From the NCBI GenBank assembly GCA_003647645.1, contig QMNG01000002.1, forward strand, positions 65,151 through 129,150: a stretch of DNA of 64,000 nt. Direction: 5' to 3'. The notes beneath the pieces were generated by a model, which did not search any database, was not told the DNA's origin, and worked only from the letters and a program-made list of their open reading frames with translations. Positions within the stretch are counted from its first letter, which is position 1. The number at the start of each line of letters is the position of its first letter. Shown here piece after piece: positions 9,591 through 20,128 of this stretch. Made by a program: the position numbers and the translations under genes. This stretch comes from a candidate division Kazan bacterium (GTDB taxonomy: Bacteria > Patescibacteriota > Kazan-3B-28).

Positions 9591-9860
9591 ATGAAACTAC
9601 AAAAATATACAATTTATTCAACCCCCAATTGTCCCTATTGCCGTCTGCTGAAAAATTGGCTTGTTGACAAAGGTATTGCGCTTGAGGAAAAAGATGTTTC
9701 AGTGGATATTCCTGCCCGACAAGAAATGGTCGAAAAAAGCTATCAGATGGGTGTGCCAGTCAGCATTATTCAGATGGAGGACAACGGTACAACCAAAGAA
9801 ATGGTTATCGTAGGGTTTGACCAGGCCAAAATCAGCCAACTCCTAAATATTGACATCTAA
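9591..9860 (+). CDS. Glutaredoxin-like (NrdH) protein
   Basis: YSTPNCPYC, GVPV and VGFD motifs. Confidence 0.9.
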   Translation: MKLQKYTIYSTPNCPYCRLLKNWLVDKGIALEEKDVSVDIPARQEMVEKSYQMGVPVSIIQMEDNGTTKEMVIVGFDQAKISQLLNIDI

Positions 9861-10472
9861 TTTTTCCTTAGTAACTGTTTGTTTAATGATGTCGTAATCA
9901 AATCCTTGTCGCGCCAGATAGGCGTAAATTTTTTGCGATTTTGTCTGCCAGCTTTCGTTCTTTAGTTGGCGGTATTTGTGCCGTGCCGAATTCAGTGCGG
10001 ATTGCTTGTCATAATTCTCAGTGATTTTTTTTAGGCTTGATTCGATGACTTTCGGTGAAAATTTTTTGGTCATTAGATAAAGCTTTATTTGTCGTATGCT
10101 TTTACTTTCCTGTTGAGTTAGACGCTCCACAATACTATCAGCCAGTCTCTGATCATCAATTATTTTGGCGTCAATTAATTTTTTGACAGTAGCTTGGGCA
10201 ACAGCTTCGTCAAATTTTGTCTTCAGTCGCTCGTACATTCTGTGGGAGTTTTTAGGACTAGCTTCCATTAATCTCAGGGCATATTCCCAGACGTTATGTG
10301 AGCTTTCCTGTTTTTCAAGTCTGTCTATAATAGCGGGTGTCAGAGTTAAACCAACTCTCAAACCCAGCTTCATTGCAACTAGTTTATCAATACCTCTGTA
10401 AAATTTGCCGTCCACATAAAGACTGGCTCGGTTGGGGTTCTTGGTCTGAGTTTTGATACTGGTTACTTCCAT
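9843..10472 (-). CDS. recX: Regulatory protein RecX
   Basis: Helical repeats, IIDDQRLA and YLARQGFDYDII; start set at ATG 10472. Confidence 0.85.
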   Translation of the reverse strand: MEVTSIKTQTKNPNRASLYVDGKFYRGIDKLVAMKLGLRVGLTLTPAIIDRLEKQESSHNVWEYALRLMEASPKNSHRMYERLKTKFDEAVAQATVKKLIDAKIIDDQRLADSIVERLTQQESKSIRQIKLYLMTKKFSPKVIESSLKKITENYDKQSALNSARHKYRQLKNESWQTKSQKIYAYLARQGFDYDIIKQTVTKEKLDVNI

Positions 10473-10621
10473 AATGTTATTATATAGGTATATATCCCCG
10501 TCGCTCGGTTCAAATGAAAACAAGTTTTCATTTGTCTGCTTGCTAGGCAGTACAGAAGAGGTGCTACTGTTGGATATAATGCATCTATAAAAAATCGTTA
10601 CTAGAGCCAGTTTCAGAACTT

Positions 10622-12121
10622 ATGAAAGAAAAATTCTACATAACTACTTCGATCATTTACGCTAATGCTAAACCGCATATTGGCCACGCCTTGGAATTGT
10701 TACAGGCCGATGTTATTGCACGTTGGCAGAGATTGTTGGGTAAGGATGTTTTTTTTCTGACTGGTACCGATGAGCACGGCATAAAAGTTTATCAGTCAGC
10801 TAAAAATGCTAATAAAAAACCGCAGGAATTTGTTAATGAAAATACTCAATCAGCCAAAGAGTTAATCAAATTTCTTAATATCTCCAATACTGATTTTATC
10901 CGCACGACTGACAAAAAACGCCACTGGCCGGCTGTTGCTAAAATTTGGGAACTATTGAGAGCTAATGGTGATATTTACAAAGGTAGTTACAAAGGATTGT
11001 ATTCGGTGAAAGAAGAAGTTTATATCACCAAAACTGAAGCCGAATCTTCTGAATATAGGGATACTGAGATTATCGAGGTTGAAGAGGAAAACTATCTTTT
11101 CAGGCTTAGTAAATATGGAGAAAAAATTAAGAATGCCTATAAAAAATATAAAATTGTCCCGCCACATCGCCAAAAGGAGCTGACCAATTTTATTGATACT
11201 GGCCTTACCGATATTTCCTTTTCCCGCTCTAAAGACAAACTGCCGTGGGGTATTCCAGTGCCGGGTGATGACTCGCAAATTATATATGTCTGGTGTGATG
11301 CTTTGACCAACTATCTTAGTGCTCTTGGTTATCCCGGCAAAAAATACGAAAAATATTGGCCGGCAGACATCCATGTAATTGGCAAGGATATTCTCCGTTT
11401 TCATGCCATCTACTGGCCAGCGATATTGATGAGTGCTGGGTTAAAATTGCCCAGAAAGCTTTTGGTTCATGGATTTATAACTGCTGAGGGTAAAAAGATG
11501 AGTAAATCAGTTGGTAATGTTATGGATCCTCTTGAGCTGGTCAAGGAATACGGCGTTGATCCTGTGCGTTATTATCTTTTGCGCGAGATTCCGACTTTTG
11601 ATGATGGAGATTATTCCAAGAAGAGATTCGACACGCTTTACAATTCAGAATTGGCTGATAAGATTGGTAATCTTTTGAGTCGGTCGATTACAATGCTTAA
11701 AAAATATTCCAAAGCTACCGTCCCAAAGCCTGCCAAGGCTGACGGGTCACCCGATTCTACATATGGCTATTCAGTTATTGCGGATCGAATGAATGCGCTG
11801 CAGATTGATAAAGCTCTTGATGAAATAATTAATATTGCACAAGCCGAAAATCAATATATCGATTCTACAAAGCCTTGGCAACTTGCTGAGACTGGTTCAT
11901 CTAAGCTAAACGATGTTCTATACAATATTATCGAGAATCTTCGCCATATTAGCATCATGCTCTATCCCTTTCTGCCCGGAACTTCAGACAAAATTCGCCA
12001 ACAACTTGGATTGAAACCGATTGATCCAGATAATTTTGATTTAGATAAGGAAAAACAATGGGGCGGACTTAAATTCGGACATAAGCTTGGCAAATCAGAG
12101 ATCCTGTTTCCTAAAAATTAA
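10622..12121 (+). CDS. metG: Methionyl-tRNA synthetase
   Basis: HIGH, TGTDEHG, GKDILRFH and KMSKS motifs. Confidence 0.96.
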   Translation: MKEKFYITTSIIYANAKPHIGHALELLQADVIARWQRLLGKDVFFLTGTDEHGIKVYQSAKNANKKPQEFVNENTQSAKELIKFLNISNTDFIRTTDKKRHWPAVAKIWELLRANGDIYKGSYKGLYSVKEEVYITKTEAESSEYRDTEIIEVEEENYLFRLSKYGEKIKNAYKKYKIVPPHRQKELTNFIDTGLTDISFSRSKDKLPWGIPVPGDDSQIIYVWCDALTNYLSALGYPGKKYEKYWPADIHVIGKDILRFHAIYWPAILMSAGLKLPRKLLVHGFITAEGKKMSKSVGNVMDPLELVKEYGVDPVRYYLLREIPTFDDGDYSKKRFDTLYNSELADKIGNLLSRSITMLKKYSKATVPKPAKADGSPDSTYGYSVIADRMNALQIDKALDEIINIAQAENQYIDSTKPWQLAETGSSKLNDVLYNIIENLRHISIMLYPFLPGTSDKIRQQLGLKPIDPDNFDLDKEKQWGGLKFGHKLGKSEILFPKN

Positions 12122-12967
12122 ATGAATATAATACTTCTACCATTTATTGCAGTCGTTGCTAATGCTGTCTATCTCACCATTAGCAAAGCATTCTTCAAGC
12201 GTTATACCAGGCTGACTAGCCGGGAGTTTAACTGGTTGCAGTTTGCCGGTATTTTGTTTGTACTGTTTTTGCTGGTGCCATTCTTCGGAGAATGGCCAAT
12301 ATCTCTTTCCAGCACTGCTATTTGGTCTCTATTTGGCGTTGGTGCTTTAGCTATTTTAGGTAACATTCTGTATTTCTGGGGCATTGACCATGAAAAAATT
12401 TCGGACATTGAACCATTTTTGCTGTTCACTCCGCTGATAACAATTCTAATCGCTAGCTTTTTTTACAGCGATGAGCGTTCGTGGGTGATCTATTTGGCGG
12501 CCTTTTTGGCCAGTGTGGTCTTGGGTTGGAGTCATATTAAAAAACATCACCTTTCATTTACTTGGGGAATAATAACAATATTAGCCTTTTCGGTTATGTA
12601 TGGGTTTGAAGCCGTGTTGGTGAAGAGCTTGTTGTATGAGCTTTCTCCAATTATGCTCTATCTCCTTAGGTGTTTAATAGTCATTGTCGGGTTGTCTCTG
12701 TTCTCAAGGCCCGACTTGAGCATTGTTAAAAAACATCACCTAGCGCCCTTTGGCATTTTGGGGGGATTAGCTGTAGCTGCGATGATTACTACTTACACCG
12801 CTTTTCATCTTTTGGGTCTATCGCAGACAATCTTCATATTTATCCTCTCCCCTGTTCTAATTTATATTCTTTCAGTGATCTTTTTGGACGATCATTGGAA
12901 AACCAAAAACATTATTGCCAGCATTATCATTACAATCCTAGTGATTTTGGTAAATCTGGTAAAATAG
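12122..12967 (+). CDS. EamA/DMT family transporter
   Basis: About 10 TM helices in two internal repeats. Confidence 0.75.
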   Translation: MNIILLPFIAVVANAVYLTISKAFFKRYTRLTSREFNWLQFAGILFVLFLLVPFFGEWPISLSSTAIWSLFGVGALAILGNILYFWGIDHEKISDIEPFLLFTPLITILIASFFYSDERSWVIYLAAFLASVVLGWSHIKKHHLSFTWGIITILAFSVMYGFEAVLVKSLLYELSPIMLYLLRCLIVIVGLSLFSRPDLSIVKKHHLAPFGILGGLAVAAMITTYTAFHLLGLSQTIFIFILSPVLIYILSVIFLDDHWKTKNIIASIIITILVILVNLVK

Positions 12968-12973
12968 AAAGTC

Positions 12974-13753
12974 ATGGTACTTATTGATACTCATGTTCAT
13001 CTTAATTTCCCAGACTTTCGGGAAGATATGGAGGCGGTTATTAGTCGAGCCAAAGATTTTGGGGTTATCAAGATGATCAATGTCGGTACTGATCTTCAAA
13101 CCTCTCGGGAATCTATTCGTTTAGCAGAGAGATTTGGTTTCATATATGCCACTGCTGGCATCCATCCGCATTTTGCCGATAAATTTTCTGAATTTGCCGA
13201 TGAGCTGGGAGTTCTGGCTAAAAATCCACAGGTAGTGGCTGTTGGTGAAATTGGATTGGATTATTTCAGGAACTTATCAACTCATCAGGCCCAAATTGAG
13301 GCCTTTAAGTCCCAACTAGACTTGGCCCTCTCGCTCAGTAAACCAATTGTGCTTCATTGTCGAGACGCTTATACCGAAATGCTGGGTATGCTTGAAGAAT
13401 ACTATATTCCCCGTCTGCCTGATGGCCAGATACCCGGGGTTATCCATTCATTTGCCGCGGGTTCGTCGCATTTACAAAAATTTTTGAAGCAGGGTTTTTA
13501 TGTCGGAATAAATAACCTGGTTACCTATCCCAAAAATCTTTCTCTGCAAGATGCTGTAAAAATCCTGCCTTTAGATAGAATAGTATTAGAGACCGATTGC
13601 CCCTATCTGCCTCCGCAACACTTGAAAGGAGAACGATGTGAGCCCATATATGTTGCTGATGTGGCTCGCAAAGTGGCCGAACTAAAGGGAATGTCAGTAA
13701 AACAGGTGGAGGACGCTTCTGCTGACAATGCAAGAACTATCTTTAAAATATAA
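12974..13753 (+). CDS. tatD: TatD family hydrolase
   Basis: IDTHVH, GIHPH, GEIGLDY, LHCRDA and LETDCPYL. Confidence 0.95.
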   Translation: MVLIDTHVHLNFPDFREDMEAVISRAKDFGVIKMINVGTDLQTSRESIRLAERFGFIYATAGIHPHFADKFSEFADELGVLAKNPQVVAVGEIGLDYFRNLSTHQAQIEAFKSQLDLALSLSKPIVLHCRDAYTEMLGMLEEYYIPRLPDGQIPGVIHSFAAGSSHLQKFLKQGFYVGINNLVTYPKNLSLQDAVKILPLDRIVLETDCPYLPPQHLKGERCEPIYVADVARKVAELKGMSVKQVEDASADNARTIFKI

Positions 13754-13840
13754 TAGGTTGTTCCGTTAAAGATTCAAAAGACAAGTCAGCGCCAGGAACA
13801 GCGGTAATAATCAATATTCGTAGCAAAAATTTCCAGCAGG

Positions 13841-14545
13841 ATGCTTAAACGAGAAATCAATACCCCTATATTTTGGTTGCAAGAGGCTGGTTTTTCAGCC
13901 TATTTGGTGGGCAACCAGGTTCGCGACCGAATTCTGAATATCGGAACCGATGTTTCCGATGTTGATGTTGCCACCAACGCCCTGCCCGATCAGGTCATAT
14001 CTGTCTTACAAAATAACAATATTATCCCTTCGACCGTTGATGAAAAATTCGGAGTAGTTGCATTTAGATATAACAATATGACATATGAAGTTACCACTTT
14101 TCGCCAAGACATCTATACTTCTGATTTTGACAGAGTCAAGCGGTACCCAGACGCAATTAAATTTGTCCAAGTGGCGGCAGAGGATGCTCCTCGTCGGGAT
14201 TTAACTATTAACGCTGTTTATTTTAATCCCAAAACCGGCAGGTATTTGGATTACTTTAATGGTTTGGGAGATATTAAAGACAAAATTATTAGAATCATAG
14301 GTAACCCTTCCATTCGGTTTCAGGAAGATCCCTTGAGGTTGCTTAGGGCGGTCAGATTCAAACATCTGTTGGATTTCAAGTATGATCCAGCCACGTTCAA
14401 GGCCATGAAAAAATACAGCCATTTAGTTAAAAAGCTGTCACCCTCTGTTATAAAAAAAGAACTGCAAAAAATTCAAGATCTGCCGGGCTACAGCAGCATC
14501 ATTAAGAAAGAACTGCAAATTTTGGGACTAATTCAGACCCGATAG
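13841..14545 (+). CDS. Short class II tRNA nucleotidyltransferase / poly(A) polymerase family protein
   Basis: VGNQVRD, DVDVAT, EDAPRRDLTINA and EDPLRLLRAVRF. Confidence 0.85.
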   Translation: MLKREINTPIFWLQEAGFSAYLVGNQVRDRILNIGTDVSDVDVATNALPDQVISVLQNNNIIPSTVDEKFGVVAFRYNNMTYEVTTFRQDIYTSDFDRVKRYPDAIKFVQVAAEDAPRRDLTINAVYFNPKTGRYLDYFNGLGDIKDKIIRIIGNPSIRFQEDPLRLLRAVRFKHLLDFKYDPATFKAMKKYSHLVKKLSPSVIKKELQKIQDLPGYSSIIKKELQILGLIQTR

Positions 14546-15072
14546 GTGGCCACTTGTTTTTTGGCAGACTCGGTTTTGGGCTTGATGACGTCGTTTGTAA
14601 ATATGACTTTGCCGGATTGAATCCGGATGACTTGTTCTGATGGAATGATTCTACTATTGCCAAATATCCCCACAGCCCCGCCGGGGCCAATGTAATATGT
14701 TCTGACCTCGGAGCTGATTGTGTCAAAAGTAAAATCTTCTATGTGGCCAAGTTTGGTCCCATTTTCAGTTTCTGCCTTAAATCCGACCAGAACGTATTTT
14801 TTAGAAATTAGTTCAGGCAGTCCGACTATTTCTTTGGGAGATACAATAGAAGCCCTATCTCGAGCTACTATCATGTTTGGACCGTATTCAATGATGTCTG
14901 CGGGAACAATAACTTGGGGCGACTTAAACGGACTGGTTTTGTCAAGCAAAAAAGCGGCCAGGCGCTGTTCCTTGGTTTTTATCACCCAATTGACAACCCT
15001 GCCCAACACTTCACCAGTTTCCAAATCCAATATGGGCATATTTTGGATTGTACTGATCTGGCGCAAGCTCAT
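14533..15072 (-). CDS. Tandem PRC-barrel domain protein
   Basis: Two repeats (ETGEVLGRVVN and ENGTKLGHIEDF). Confidence 0.75.
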   Translation of the reverse strand: MSLRQISTIQNMPILDLETGEVLGRVVNWVIKTKEQRLAAFLLDKTSPFKSPQVIVPADIIEYGPNMIVARDRASIVSPKEIVGLPELISKKYVLVGFKAETENGTKLGHIEDFTFDTISSEVRTYYIGPGGAVGIFGNSRIIPSEQVIRIQSGKVIFTNDVIKPKTESAKKQVATYRV

Positions 15073-15123
15073 AGCTACCTCCCTTTCCCCTCATCATTAT
15101 ATCGCGATATTGTATACTAAACT

Positions 15124-16038
15124 ATGATGTCAAAATACTTTTTTAGATTAGGACTAGGAGCACTGGCTGTTGGATTAGTTTTAAGCGGCTGCTCCCTATC
15201 GAAGGCTCCTGTAAGCAGCCAGGAAGTAATGCGAAAATTTTCCCAGGCGCTGTCTGATCTAGGCAGCTTTCACTACGATGCAGAATTGGCTCTGTGGGGT
15301 AATTTGCCCAGCGGTCTGAATATTGATCTCAGCAGTTCTCGGATCAAGTTGGTGGGCGATGTTATGAGTGTCAACGATTTATCTCCTCAGTTCACGCTGC
15401 TGGCTCAGGTCTATGCCGACTCCAAAGCGGGTCCATTGAGCATTACTGGCCGGGTTATTGGTTTACAAAATTACACATATTTCAAATTAACCGATCTCCT
15501 AATTCCAACGTTATTGCCAATATCGATCGGAGCGGACTCCCAGTGGTACCGGATTAGACACATTCAGAACCAAGATAGCGATCCCAGTGTTTTGGGTTCG
15601 GGGGGAACACCGACGATTTCTCCTGATCAATTGGAGGCTATTCGGGAGCTTATTTCCAACCGTACATTCTTTAAAGTCATCGAAGAACTACCAGACGAGA
15701 CCGTGGTTGGACAACGTTCCTACCATTATTTAGTCAGGCCCAAATCAGATGTCCTAAAGCAAATAGCTGAACAATTAAGTCGGATACTTCAGGCTGATGA
15801 TGTGGCTGTTGACTTTGGTGCCTTAGAAAATTATGTTGCAGATCTGTGGATCAATAAACGGAATTTTAACCTTGCCAAGCTTCGGATAGCCGATGAGTAT
15901 ATCTCTGAAGAAGGAACAGTTGAGTTTGACTTTAATTTGGAGATGGATCGTCACAATGAACAACTGACCATTGTCGCTCCTCAAATTTCTGAGGATATTG
16001 ACGGCCTGGACTGGCTGCAAAGAGCAGGCCTGTTCTAG
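15124..16038 (+). CDS. Putative lipoprotein, possibly LolA/LppX-like fold
   Basis: Lipobox LSGC after a hydrophobic signal; YHY and LWINK beta pattern. Confidence 0.6.
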   Translation: MMSKYFFRLGLGALAVGLVLSGCSLSKAPVSSQEVMRKFSQALSDLGSFHYDAELALWGNLPSGLNIDLSSSRIKLVGDVMSVNDLSPQFTLLAQVYADSKAGPLSITGRVIGLQNYTYFKLTDLLIPTLLPISIGADSQWYRIRHIQNQDSDPSVLGSGGTPTISPDQLEAIRELISNRTFFKVIEELPDETVVGQRSYHYLVRPKSDVLKQIAEQLSRILQADDVAVDFGALENYVADLWINKRNFNLAKLRIADEYISEEGTVEFDFNLEMDRHNEQLTIVAPQISEDIDGLDWLQRAGLF

Positions 16039-16188
16039 TTGGTATGTACTATAGTATACGGCATAGTATATACTACTGCCCGAAACAGAATTTATTATCT
16101 TTGGCGAAATCATACAGACGATGGGATATGATTGCCGGATATGCGTTCGGTTAGATATCTGGGAGCAAATGTTAGAATAAATATTGGT

Positions 16189-16217
16189 TTGACATCAAAA
16201 AGCCAGTAAATTAGAAT
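16189..16217 (+). promoter_or_regulatory. Sigma70 promoter of the tRNA-Lys(TTT) transcript
   Basis: TTGACA-N17-TAGAAT. Confidence 0.7.
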
Positions 16218-16229
16218 CAGATACATTAA

Positions 16230-16411
16230 GGAGCTTCGCTCCAATTAACAATTAACAATGATCAATTACCAATTACCATCAAGGAAGAAGTTTTATTCTC
16301 TGAGCGAAGTCGAAGAGACACATTAATGTAATCCTTCGACTCACTTCGCTCGCTCAGGACATAATTAATTGAAAATTGTGAATTGAAAATTGGAAATTGC
16401 CGCGCAGCGGC
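16230..16411. repeat. Heptamer-periodic inverted-repeat element (copy 2) with a nested REP-like hairpin at 16296-16360
   Basis: GGAGCTTCGCTCC...GCCGCGCAGCGGC ends matching 6092-6212. Confidence 0.8.
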
Positions 16412-16415
16412 TCAG

Positions 16416-16489
16416 GGGTCCATAGCTTAGTGGTAAAGCAGTTGCCTTTTAAGCAATTGATGAAGGTTCGATTCCTTCTGGACCCACCA
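16416..16489 (+). tRNA. tRNA-Lys(TTT)
   Basis: Cloverleaf, anticodon loop cttttaa, CCA end. Confidence 0.95.
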
Positions 16490-16566
16490 GTTTTTACTTT
16501 CGGAATAGACTTTTAATTTTACCCCGCCATAAAATAATTTTATCTCTCTCGTGATAGAATAATCTT

Positions 16567-18789
16567 ATGCGTTTATCACTGTTTTTACTTGCTTTTACAC
16601 TTTTGGGATCTGGCATGCCGTCCATGAGTATAGATGCTTCATCTCCTCTTCAGGTCAGCGGTGAGATTTTGGATTGGCCGAGCTCCCCTATTTCGGTGCA
16701 GGCTATACCCAATGATCCTTATTACAGCCAGCAGTGGTACCTAAGCAGAATCAAAGCCCAAGATGCCTGGAACATTACCCGCGGAACAAATATGGTAATT
16801 GCTGTTATAGATACCGGCCTCGACATGCAACATCCAGATTTTGGCGGTAAGCTTTGGGTCAACAGCCAAGAAATACCAAACAACGAGATAGACGATGATA
16901 ATAATGGTTACGTCGACGACTATTACGGCTGGAATTTTTACAATGGGAACAATAATATTGATGATTATCACGGTCATGGCACTGGCATTGCTAGCATTAT
17001 TGCCGCCAATACTAACAATCGAAAGGGAACTGCCGGTATCAACTGGAATGCTCGAATCATGGTACTAAAGGCCCTTAATGAAGCAGGCGGGGGCGATTTT
17101 AACGATGTTGCCGAAGCTATCCGCTATGCCGTGGATAACGGGGCTAGTATTATTAACATGAGTTTTGGTTCGGAAATTAATACATCCATTTTGTCAAATG
17201 CGGTGGACTATGCTATTAACCGTGGGGTGCCCATGGTTGCAGCGGTTGGAAACAAGGGAAACAATAGAATATTTTATCCGGCTGCTTACCCCCAAGTCAT
17301 TGCGGTGACGGCTGTGGACAAAAGCGACCAGCATCCTGATTTTGCCAACACCGGTGTCAACATAGATCTGGCTGCTCCGGGCACCGAGATCACTATGGCG
17401 GGGTTAGTGGGAGGTCCTGCCGGTCAATATGTGGTTGGCAGTGGCACATCATTTGCGGCTGCTCAGGTCACGGCAGCTGCTTCACTGATTCTTGGACGGT
17501 TTCATGGCATGAGCGCCGGCATGCTGGAAAATGTTCTTAAGGCTCAAAGCGATGTTTTAGCCAATGGTACTTCCACGACTACCGGTAGCGGGGTACTCAA
17601 CATATATAAATCTTTGGTTAATGCAGCCAGTGTCGAATCCAGCAATATCTCCATCGCTAATGGCATAGTAGAGGCTAATGGTGTTGATCAAGCAACTGTG
17701 ACGGTTACTATTCGGGACAGCACCGGCCAACCTCGGCCCAATCAAACAATTGCCGTCCACAGTAATGGCTCCAATCTTGTCATTAACCATACCATTGTGC
17801 CCGCAACTGGCAGCTTATTGTTGGGTGCCACCAACGCTTTGGGCCAAGTCGTATTTAAAGTGGCGTCCACCAAGCCGGGTATCCAAGAACTGACTTTTAC
17901 AAATGTCACAACTCAGTCGTCTCTGGCTGGCAAAGCCCCGATTACCTTTGTATCTCCCACGAATGCTCATTATTCAATGCGTTGGCTGAGCCAAAGTCCC
18001 TACCCGGCGCTTAAGATCGGCGAAACCGGCGAGTTATGGGTGGAGGTGGAAAATAACGGCAATATGGCCTGGGTGAGCAGCCCATCGGCCGCGGTCGATG
18101 GCTGGGGACAGATTAAAATAGGCACTGACAGACCACTCGATCGCAACAGTGTCTTGCGGGCTAATTCTTGGCTAAGCAATAATCGAGCTGGTTATATGAC
18201 ACCAGATGTTGTGTTACCCGGAGAAAAGGCTAAGTTTTCTTTTAATATCTATGCCAGTAAAATTGGTACTTTCAAAGAATATTTTAGGCCGGTGGTTGAG
18301 TACGTGACTTGGCTTAATGATCTGGGAATCTACTGGGAAGTGAATATTGAACCAATCAACGGGTTGACCACTGAAACCAACTCCAATGAGATCGATGCCA
18401 ATCCCAGTCATTACCAAGCCGCTACATTTACCCAGAGCAGCAATGTGACCTTATCTCCCGGAGATACAACTACCCTGAGCATAACTTTAACGAATATTGG
18501 CTCAGCTGTTTGGCACGGACAAGGAGCTGGCGAAAAGCGGTATGGCGAAGTTAGGATAGGTACAACTAAGCCGCATGATCGGATAAGTTTGTTCCGTAGT
18601 ATGTCATGGATAAGTCCTAACCGTGTGATTAATGCCGGATTTAATGTGCCACCCGGCGGTCGATTAACTTTGGTATTTACCATTAAGGCGCCAGATGCTC
18701 CCGGAACATATACAGAAAGCTTTCAGTTGGTTTCGGAATATATTACTTGGTTTGGGCCTACATTTGATTGGACATTCACAGTTGTTTGA
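16567..18789 (+). CDS. Secreted S8 subtilisin-like protease with an Ig-like (Big-1) domain and two C-terminal NBR1-Ig-like domains
   Basis: Signal peptide; catalytic triad motifs VIDTG, HGHGT and GTSFA. Confidence 0.9.
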   Translation: MRLSLFLLAFTLLGSGMPSMSIDASSPLQVSGEILDWPSSPISVQAIPNDPYYSQQWYLSRIKAQDAWNITRGTNMVIAVIDTGLDMQHPDFGGKLWVNSQEIPNNEIDDDNNGYVDDYYGWNFYNGNNNIDDYHGHGTGIASIIAANTNNRKGTAGINWNARIMVLKALNEAGGGDFNDVAEAIRYAVDNGASIINMSFGSEINTSILSNAVDYAINRGVPMVAAVGNKGNNRIFYPAAYPQVIAVTAVDKSDQHPDFANTGVNIDLAAPGTEITMAGLVGGPAGQYVVGSGTSFAAAQVTAAASLILGRFHGMSAGMLENVLKAQSDVLANGTSTTTGSGVLNIYKSLVNAASVESSNISIANGIVEANGVDQATVTVTIRDSTGQPRPNQTIAVHSNGSNLVINHTIVPATGSLLLGATNALGQVVFKVASTKPGIQELTFTNVTTQSSLAGKAPITFVSPTNAHYSMRWLSQSPYPALKIGETGELWVEVENNGNMAWVSSPSAAVDGWGQIKIGTDRPLDRNSVLRANSWLSNNRAGYMTPDVVLPGEKAKFSFNIYASKIGTFKEYFRPVVEYVTWLNDLGIYWEVNIEPINGLTTETNSNEIDANPSHYQAATFTQSSNVTLSPGDTTTLSITLTNIGSAVWHGQGAGEKRYGEVRIGTTKPHDRISLFRSMSWISPNRVINAGFNVPPGGRLTLVFTIKAPDAPGTYTESFQLVSEYITWFGPTFDWTFTVV

Positions 18790-18832
18790 TTTTATGGGTC
18801 TCATAGTAACTTTTTCTAATATCTTTTGAAGG

Positions 18833-19636
18833 ATGAGTGATCACATCCAAGTTATAATTTTGGGGGTGGTGCAGGGTCTGACAGAATTTATTCCCATAAG
18901 TTCGTCCGGGCATCTTGTGGCTGTTCGTCAAATCCTGGGACTTGAGGACCAAGGTTTGATGTTTGACGCTGTTTTACATTTGGCAACTTTGTTAGTAGTA
19001 ATAATTTATTTTTGGCGCGACTGGCAGGCAATGTTTTTTGCTCTGTTTGCCAAAAATTTAACCCATCGAGTTAAACAGTCCCGTCGGCTGATCGGTCTAA
19101 TTATGGTTACTACGGTTCCGGCCGCAGGTGCCGGGTTGTTGTTTAAAAACTTCATAGATAACGATGCCCGATCACTGTTATCGGTTGCTGGCTTGATGAT
19201 CTTCACCGGATTAATGTTTATATTACTGGAGCGTGTAGCGGCTGTTCGCAAAGATATCTTAAAACTTAACTTTTTTGATGCGCTAAGTATTGGGTTAGCT
19301 CAGGCCGCAGCGATTTTACCCGGCATTTCAAGATCGGGTGCCACGATTATTACAGGCATGTACCATGGCTTAAAGCGCGAAGCAGCTGCCAAATACTCAT
19401 TTTTAGCGGCTGGCCCGGTCATTGCTATGGCCGGTCTTTATTCTCTGTGGCAGTTGTTCTCAAATCCCCAGACAGTTTCTTGGACTAATTTAGGAATTGG
19501 CTTTGCTATGGCGTTGATCAGCGGCCTGATAGCGGTTCACTTTTTACTGCAGTTTCTTCGCCGCCATAAACTCGATATTTTTGCCGGATATCTGATCGTT
19601 ATCGGCCTTGGCCTAATCGTATTTAGCTTTATTTGA
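18833..19636 (+). CDS. uppP: Undecaprenyl-diphosphate phosphatase
   Basis: QGLTEFIPISSSGH and PGISRSGATI. Confidence 0.95.
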   Translation: MSDHIQVIILGVVQGLTEFIPISSSGHLVAVRQILGLEDQGLMFDAVLHLATLLVVIIYFWRDWQAMFFALFAKNLTHRVKQSRRLIGLIMVTTVPAAGAGLLFKNFIDNDARSLLSVAGLMIFTGLMFILLERVAAVRKDILKLNFFDALSIGLAQAAAILPGISRSGATIITGMYHGLKREAAAKYSFLAAGPVIAMAGLYSLWQLFSNPQTVSWTNLGIGFAMALISGLIAVHFLLQFLRRHKLDIFAGYLIVIGLGLIVFSFI

Positions 19637-20121
19637 TGCTAGAAGCAATCCAGCAGCTTGATCCTTACTTATCCGTAGCAGTTACGGCTATGTCCCCGAT
19701 TCTTGAGTTACGTGGTTCCGTACCTTTGGGAATTATTGTATTTGACATGCATCCGTTGGTTGTCGGCGGGCTTTCCATCGTGGCCCTTATGATTCCAATT
19801 ATCCTATGGCTTTTATTTTTGCAATACGCAGTTGCCAAAGTCAGAACTTGGCACACCAAAATAGACAGATTTTTTGGCTGGCTGTTTAAAAGAACCTACC
19901 ATCGCCATAGTTCTAGTTTTGAACATTGGGGTAGCTTGGCACTAATGATATTTGTAGCTATTCCCCTGCCGTTTACCGGAGCGTGGACTGGCGCGCTTTT
20001 GGCTTATTTATTTGGCATTAAATTTGTGCGGGCAATTGCGTTCATTGCCGTTGGATTGTTAGCTACCTGCATCATTATGACAGTCATCAGTTTAGGCGGG
20101 GTGCATATTCTTGGGTTATAA
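19636..20121 (+). CDS. Small multidrug export family membrane protein (COG2426-like)
   Basis: [10 protein letters not shown] and [14 protein letters not shown]. Confidence 0.85.
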   Translation: MLEAIQQLDPYLSVAVTAMSPILELRGSVPLGIIVFDMHPLVVGGLSIVALMIPIILWLLFLQYAVAKVRTWHTKIDRFFGWLFKRTYHRHSSSFEHWGSLALMIFVAIPLPFTGAWTGALLAYLFGIKFVRAIAFIAVGLLATCIIMTVISLGGVHILGL

Positions 20122-20128
20122 TTGGGGT

